Of a stretch of 64,000 nucleotides of DNA, positions 59,331 through 64,000 are shown in pieces (the first letter of the stretch is position 1; each line of letters begins with the position of its first letter). The notes below the pieces were generated by a model. It saw nothing but the letters and a program-made list of their open reading frames with translations, did not search any database and was not told the origin of the DNA. The stretch is from a bacterium. Its GTDB lineage: Bacteria > Pseudomonadota > Gammaproteobacteria > Burkholderiales > Burkholderiaceae_C. The position numbers were made by a program, and so were the translations under genes. The DNA is taken from NCBI GenBank assembly GCA_030824555.1, contig JAVBXK010000052.1, positions 3,059 to 67,058 of the forward strand. Direction: 5' to 3'.

Positions 59331-61139
59331 TCAGGCCTTGGCCCTGGCCTTCACATAGCTGCCAGGTGCCGCTTCGATGACTTTGTACTTGCGTGAGCCG
59401 TACGACTTGGGTGCAGCCACCTGCTTGCCAGCCTGTGCGCCCAGCCAGTCGGACCAATCGGTCCACCAGCTGCCTTTGAATTCCTGCGCGCTGGCGATCC
59501 ACTCGTTCACGTCGGCCGGGAACTTGTTGGCGGGGCCAATCCAGTGGCTGCGCTTGCCCTTCGATGCGGGGTTGATCACACCCGCAATGTGACCGGACGC
59601 ACCCATGACGAAACGCTTGCGGCCAGGGAAGTGCTGCGTGCTGGCGTACGAGCCGCCGATGGGCACGATGTGGTCTTCACGCGAGCCATAGAAATACATC
59701 GGAATATCGACCTTGCCCAGATCGATTTTTTCACCGCACACGGTGGCCGCACCGGGCTTGACCAGTCGGTTTTCAAGGTAGGTGTTGCGCAGGTACCAAG
59801 CGTAGTAGTGGCCAGGCAGGTTGGTGCTGTCGCTGTTCCAGTACAGCAGGTCGAACGGTGGGGGCGTTTCGCCCTTCAGGTAGTTGCCCACCACATAGTT
59901 CCAGACCAAGTCGTTCGCGCGCAGGAAGCTGAACGTGGTGGCCAAATCACCGCCAGGCATCAGTCCACCGTTGGCGAACTGCATTTCACGGAACTTGACG
60001 AAGGCCTCGTCAATGAACACGTCGAGGATGCCGGTGTCGGTGAAATCGATCAGCGTGGTCAGCAGCGTGGCGCTGTTCACGGGTTTTTCGCCACGCGCAG
60101 CCAGCACGGCCAAGCCGGTGGACAGCATGGTGCCGCCCACGCAGAACCCCAGCGCATTGATGGTTTCGGCACCGGTGAGGTCACGCGTCACGCTGATCGA
60201 CTTGATGATGGCGTGCTCAATGTAATCGTCCCAGGTTTTCTGGGCCAGCTCTTCGTTGGGGTTGCGCCAGCTCACCACGAACGTGTGGTGGCCCTGCTCC
60301 ACCGCGTAGCGGATGAAGGAGTTTTCAGGCTGCAAGTCCAGGATGTAGAACTTGTTGATGCAAGGCGGCACCAGCAGGAACGGACGTTCGTACACCTTGG
60401 CAGTGAGGGGCTTGTATTCGATGAGCTGGAACAGGTCGTTCTCGAAGACCACAGCGCCTTCGGTGGTGGCCACGTTCTTGCCCACCTCGAACACGCTTTC
60501 GTCGGTCATGGACACGTGGCCCTGCTTCATGTCAGCCAGCAGGTTCTTCACGCCCTTGGCGATGCTCTCACCCTTGGTGTCGATGGCTTTTTTCTGAGCT
60601 TCGGCATTGAAGGCGAGGAAGTTGCTGGGTGAGCTGGCATCAATCCACTGCTGCACGGCGAAACGCACGCGGGCACGGCTCTTGGCATCGCCCTCGACAG
60701 CCTCGGCCAGTGCCATCAGCGTTTTGGCATTGACCAGGTACAACGCGGCCGAGAAGGCTGACACGGGGTTGCCTGCCCACGCTTCGTTGGCAAAGCGGCG
60801 GTCGGCCAATGGCTTGGCCTGCAGCCCCTGGTTCCACACCTGTGCAACGTCCTGCAGGTATTGCTTTTGAATTTCGAGCGCGCGGGTGGGGTCGATCTTC
60901 ACAGCCGGGCCACCCGGAACCGTCAGCAGGTCGGTCAATTTGCCGAAGCCGGGCGACACGCTGGTGAAGTCCGGCATTTGCGGCATGCCACCGGCGGGCA
61001 TGCCAAATGCCCCAAACGGGTTGCTCGCTGCGCCATCTTTGCCAGCAGTGCCCATGGCACCCAACGCCTGGGTCCAGCTGTCCATCATGTTTTTCTGGAA
61101 CTGCTGCGCGGCGTCGAGCCACTTGGGGTCAAAATTCAT
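59331..61139 (-). CDS. phaC: Class I poly(3-hydroxyalkanoate) synthase
   Basis: Lipase-box variant GFCVGG, ~602 aa, and AGGAGA 5 nt before the ATG at 61139. The upstream ORF extension to 61325 is rejected. Confidence 0.93.
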   Translation of the reverse strand: MNFDPKWLDAAQQFQKNMMDSWTQALGAMGTAGKDGAASNPFGAFGMPAGGMPQMPDFTSVSPGFGKLTDLLTVPGGPAVKIDPTRALEIQKQYLQDVAQVWNQGLQAKPLADRRFANEAWAGNPVSAFSAALYLVNAKTLMALAEAVEGDAKSRARVRFAVQQWIDASSPSNFLAFNAEAQKKAIDTKGESIAKGVKNLLADMKQGHVSMTDESVFEVGKNVATTEGAVVFENDLFQLIEYKPLTAKVYERPFLLVPPCINKFYILDLQPENSFIRYAVEQGHHTFVVSWRNPNEELAQKTWDDYIEHAIIKSISVTRDLTGAETINALGFCVGGTMLSTGLAVLAARGEKPVNSATLLTTLIDFTDTGILDVFIDEAFVKFREMQFANGGLMPGGDLATTFSFLRANDLVWNYVVGNYLKGETPPPFDLLYWNSDSTNLPGHYYAWYLRNTYLENRLVKPGAATVCGEKIDLGKVDIPMYFYGSREDHIVPIGGSYASTQHFPGRKRFVMGASGHIAGVINPASKGKRSHWIGPANKFPADVNEWIASAQEFKGSWWTDWSDWLGAQAGKQVAAPKSYGSRKYKVIEAAPGSYVKARAKA

Positions 61140-61158
61140 GCCTGTCTCCTGAAAATAA

Positions 61159-61182
61159 GCCGCACCCACTGTGGGTTGCGGC
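61159..61182 (-). promoter_or_regulatory. Terminator-like hairpin in the phaC leader
   Basis: Minus strand GCCGCAA-CCCAC-a-GTGGG-TGCGGC followed by TTATTTTC, then the AGGAGA RBS. Confidence 0.4.
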
Positions 61183-61263
61183 ACGTCACACGTCAACACT
61201 GCAGTCTGGTTGAATGACCTTCCAGCATGCTGACACACCCTACCATTGTGAATTGAAATTGTT

Positions 61264-61569
61264 ATGTATCTGGTGGCAATTGGCTGGTTGTATGTGGCCT
61301 TGATGATGGCAGTGGCCGAGGCCAATCACCCCAGTGGAACCGTGCTGGGAGGTATCGTAACTTTTTTGTTCTACGGGTTGCTACCTACCGCGCTGGTGAT
61401 GTACCTGATGGGCACCCCTTTGCGTCGCAAAGCCAGCCGCGAACGCGAGGCAAAAGAGGATGCCGAACGCTTCGCAGCGTCAGCAGCTGGTGACAGCGCA
61501 GCCGAACCTGTGGCGCAGCAACCAGCAGGCACCGCACCCGACGCCCCCGAAGGCCGCACACAACCGTAG
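61264..61569 (+). CDS. Small membrane protein of unknown function (2 TM segments plus an acidic/Ala-rich tail)
   Basis: MYLVAIGWLYVALMMAVAEA and GGIVTFLFYGLLPTALVMYLMG hydrophobic segments. Divergent from phaC. Confidence 0.55.
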   Translation: MYLVAIGWLYVALMMAVAEANHPSGTVLGGIVTFLFYGLLPTALVMYLMGTPLRRKASREREAKEDAERFAASAAGDSAAEPVAQQPAGTAPDAPEGRTQP

Positions 61570-61585
61570 CGTGCCCGTGGCGTTG

Positions 61586-62530
61586 TCAGGTGCGGGCATC
61601 GGCGCCGTGTGCAGATGTGAGCCACACACACGCAGCCATGCGCCCGGTGCTGCCCAACGGACCGGCATCGCGGCGGTGCGAAAACCACGTGTCGGGCTGG
61701 CTGACCGTGCACCAGCGGGCCGATCCGTCATTGCCGTACACCCGTGTCACACCCAGTGCCCCCAACTGCAAGCGGGCCAGCCGAGCCAGGTCGCACAGGT
61801 ATTTGCCGGGTCTGCCTGGCACAGGTTTGAAGCAGTCTGCCGCACCAGCCGGTTCGGCGGTGTGCGCGGTGAACGCCGAACGCACGTCTTCACCCACCTC
61901 GAATGCGCTGGGCCCGATGCACGGGCCCAGCCAGGCCACCAGATCGGGCACCGACAGCGTGCCTGCCGCAGGCACCATGCCCGCCGATGCCTCGGCCACA
62001 GAACCAGCATCATCAATAGCACACTTATCAATACCAACAATCGATAGATCACAAAAAAGCTTGACAACCCGAGCCAACACGCCGCCATCACCGTGCGCCC
62101 CGGCCAAGCCACGCCAGCCTGCGTGTGCGGCGGCCACCGCGCGGCCTGATGCGTCGGCCAGCAACACGGGCAAGCAGTCGGCCACCATCACGGTGCAGGC
62201 CACGCCTGGGGTCTGCGTGAAGCAGGCATCGGCCACCGTCGCGTCGGGTACGGACGGGTCAAGCGGCACGCAATCGACTCCGTGCACCTGGTTCAGGAAC
62301 ACCGGCCGCGCCTGCAGGCGCTGCGCCAGCAACTGCCGGTTGCGCGCAACGGCTGCAGCGTCATCGCGCACATGCGACCCCAGGTTGAAGCTGTCAAACG
62401 GTGGCAACGACACGCCACCGCTGCGTGTGGTCATGAACGCATGCACGTGGGCAGGCACGGGCCACTCGGGCACCCAGCCGCCAAGCCCGGAGGGGTCGCT
62501 GCCTGCGCAGCCGGCGTCAGCCCTCTGCAT
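61586..62530 (-). CDS. pgeF: Peptidoglycan editing factor PgeF (YfiH/DUF152, purine nucleoside phosphorylase/laccase-domain family)
   Basis: TTRSGGVS, HAGWRGL and LGPCIGPSAFEVG motifs. Contains an AT-rich in-frame segment at about 62013..62062. Confidence 0.85.
   Translation of the reverse strand: MQRADAGCAGSDPSGLGGWVPEWPVPAHVHAFMTTRSGGVSLPPFDSFNLGSHVRDDAAAVARNRQLLAQRLQARPVFLNQVHGVDCVPLDPSVPDATVADACFTQTPGVACTVMVADCLPVLLADASGRAVAAAHAGWRGLAGAHGDGGVLARVVKLFCDLSIVGIDKCAIDDAGSVAEASAGMVPAAGTLSVPDLVAWLGPCIGPSAFEVGEDVRSAFTAHTAEPAGAADCFKPVPGRPGKYLCDLARLARLQLGALGVTRVYGNDGSARWCTVSQPDTWFSHRRDAGPLGSTGRMAACVWLTSAHGADART
62013..62062 (+). repeat. Copy H of the AT-rich element family, embedded in frame in pgeF
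   Basis: tcaATAGCacacttatcaATACCaacaaTCGATAGAtcacaaaaaagc has the same block order and spacing (+1 nt) as copies A/C/D. It is a roughly 35% GC patch inside a very GC-rich gene. Confidence 0.5.
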
Positions 62531-63158
62531 CCGGACAGGCTGAGGGTTGCGTCAGCCGGAACGCGTCCAGCGCCATGCAGGCATCGGCCACGCGCTGAAC
62601 ACGGGGCAGGCCGTCCAGCGGCACGTTGAAGCGCTGGGCATTGAAAATTTGTGGAATCAGCACGCAGTCAGCCATGCCCGGCTGATCGCCGTGGCAAAAC
62701 GCACCGTCAGGGCTGTGGGCCAGTTGCTGGTCAAACGCTTCCAAGCCGTTGCGCACCCAGTGGGCATACCACTGGTCTTTGTGCGACTCGGACACGCCCA
62801 TTTCTTTCACCAGGTACTTCAGCACGCGCAGGTTGTTCAGCGGGTGGATTTCGCACGCCACCGACAAGGTCAGCGCGCGCACGCGGGCACGGCCCAGGGC
62901 GTCAGGTGGCAGCAAAGCGGGTGTGGGTTGCAGCTCGTCCAGGTACTCCATGATGGCCAGCGACTGCGTCAACCGCTCGCCCTCGTCAAGCTCCAGCACG
63001 GGCACCAACGGGTCGGCCACCAACTGGGAGAAAGCAGGCAATTTGTGGTCACCCTTGGCCAGGTGAACGCCCACGTAGTCGTAGGGCAAGCCTTTGAGCG
63101 CCAGCGCAATGCGCACCCGGTACGATGCAGAAGAGCGGAAGTAGTTGTACAGCTTCAT
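62517..63158 (-). CDS. maiA: Maleylacetoacetate isomerase (GST zeta class)
   Basis: MKLYNYFRSSASYRVRIALALKG... signature. Start at 63158. Confidence 0.88.
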   Translation of the reverse strand: MKLYNYFRSSASYRVRIALALKGLPYDYVGVHLAKGDHKLPAFSQLVADPLVPVLELDEGERLTQSLAIMEYLDELQPTPALLPPDALGRARVRALTLSVACEIHPLNNLRVLKYLVKEMGVSESHKDQWYAHWVRNGLEAFDQQLAHSPDGAFCHGDQPGMADCVLIPQIFNAQRFNVPLDGLPRVQRVADACMALDAFRLTQPSACPDAEG

Positions 63159-63335
63159 GGTCTGATGTGTGAGGGATGTTGTCGGGCACAGCATAGCCGC
63201 TCCAACACCCGCCCCGCGCGCGCCTGGACCATGCCGAGACTGGCTGCACAATGGCGTTTGCAATGGCACACTGGCACTTTGCCGGGAATGCCCAGCCACC
63301 TGCCCACTTCAACCACCCCATGAAAGTGCACGCCC

Positions 63336-64000
63336 ATGACCACAACTGACCGTTTTGTCGTCCCTGCCCCTGCTGTCGTATCGGTACCTGTGGCCGGCTC
63401 GGTCGAGCGCTTTCCGGTGCGCCGCGTGTACTGCGTGGGCCGCAACTACGAAGAGCATGCGAAGGAAATGGGCTTCACCGGTCGTGAGCCGCCGTTTTTC
63501 TTTTTGAAACCCGCCGATGCGGTGGTGCCAGTGAATGCGGGCGAAACCGGGCGCATTGCCTACCCGACGCTCACGCAAAACCTGCACCATGAAATCGAGC
63601 TGGTGGTGGCCATTGGGAAAGGCGGTGCCCACATCAAAGCAGCCGATGCACTGGCCCGCGTGTTCGGTTATGCCGTGGGCCTGGACATGACCCGGCGCGA
63701 CCTGCAAAACGACATGAAAAAGCAGGGCCGCCCGTGGTGCATTGGCAAAGGGTTCGACCAATCGGCCCCCATCGGCCCCATCACACCTGCAGCCGATGTG
63801 CCCGGCGTGATGCAAGCGGCCATCAGCCTGACGGTCAACGGCGCGCCGCGCCAGGCCAGCTTGGTCAGCAAGCTGATCTGGAACGTCGCCGAAACCATCG
63901 AACACCTGTCTGCCGCCTGGACGCTGGCACCCGGCGACCTGATTTACACCGGCACCCCCGAAGGCGTGGCAGCTGTGGTGCGCGGCGACACCCTGCACGG
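63336..64000 (+). CDS. Fumarylacetoacetate hydrolase-family protein, 3' end outside window
   Basis: My own translation from the ATG at 63336: MTTTDRFVVPAPAVVSVPVAGSVERFPVRRVYCVGRNYEEHAKEMGF...HHEIELVVAIGKGG...GDLIYTGTPEGV. The frame is open to the window end, so it is absent from the ORF track. Confidence 0.8.
   Translation, partial: MTTTDRFVVPAPAVVSVPVAGSVERFPVRRVYCVGRNYEEHAKEMGFTGREPPFFFLKPADAVVPVNAGETGRIAYPTLTQNLHHEIELVVAIGKGGAHIKAADALARVFGYAVGLDMTRRDLQNDMKKQGRPWCIGKGFDQSAPIGPITPAADVPGVMQAAISLTVNGAPRQASLVSKLIWNVAETIEHLSAAWTLAPGDLIYTGTPEGVAAVVRGDTLH

Overview
The window is 64 kb of high-GC chromosomal backbone. Hand counts of individual 60-nt lines mostly give 62-68% GC. The gene content and order (Bug/TctC and TRAP uptake systems, a beta-proteobacterial trimeric porin, iscRSUA-hscBA-fdx, phaCAB) suggest a Burkholderiales, Comamonadaceae-like beta-proteobacterium; that placement is inference only.

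From left to right:
- a KstD-like flavoprotein gene (5' end off-window) with tctCBA, then aroE
- a TetR-linked TRAP transporter plus aroQ and a second shikimate/quinate dehydrogenase, a likely quinate/shikimate catabolic module
- a DMT transporter and a porin
- an SDR / FAD-oxidoreductase / NIPSNAP operon with a divergent AraC regulator
- an 883-aa lipoprotein-like protein with 14 RCC1 repeats
- tRNA-Val(CAC), dnaQ, the complete isc operon and uvrB
- an aromatic aminotransferase, phaZ carrying an Ala/Lys/Pro tail, and an RnfB-like ferredoxin
- a GAF-GGDEF protein and an MCP
- a propionate / methylmalonyl-CoA operon (mutase, meaB, pccB, pccA, epimerase) with vapBC wedged inside it
- GntR, then a lower-GC pair: a dihaem PSCyt1-like cytochrome c and a Tat-signal PQQ-like beta-propeller
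- an AIM24-like and an HPF-like gene, LysR, a TAXI-like protein, dusA and an MscS channel
- a LuxR / CBS-GGDEF pair, phaCAB, pgeF, maiA and a FAH-family gene (3' end off-window)

I found no integrase, transposase, phage gene, CRISPR array or recognisable defence operon other than vapBC. I cannot point to one clear-cut new multi-gene system.

The most unusual signals I can support directly from the sequence:
1. A family of roughly 55-nt AT-rich elements with a fixed block architecture. Five copies sit in short intergenic gaps, and a sixth copy appears to be inserted in frame and translated inside pgeF.
2. The lower-GC cytochrome c / Tat-propeller gene pair.
3. The double-propeller RCC1 lipoprotein.
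4. vapBC translationally coupled into the methylmalonyl-CoA operon.
5. A histone-H1-like tail on the intracellular PHB depolymerase.

All product calls rest on motifs read by eye from the translations. No database search was possible.
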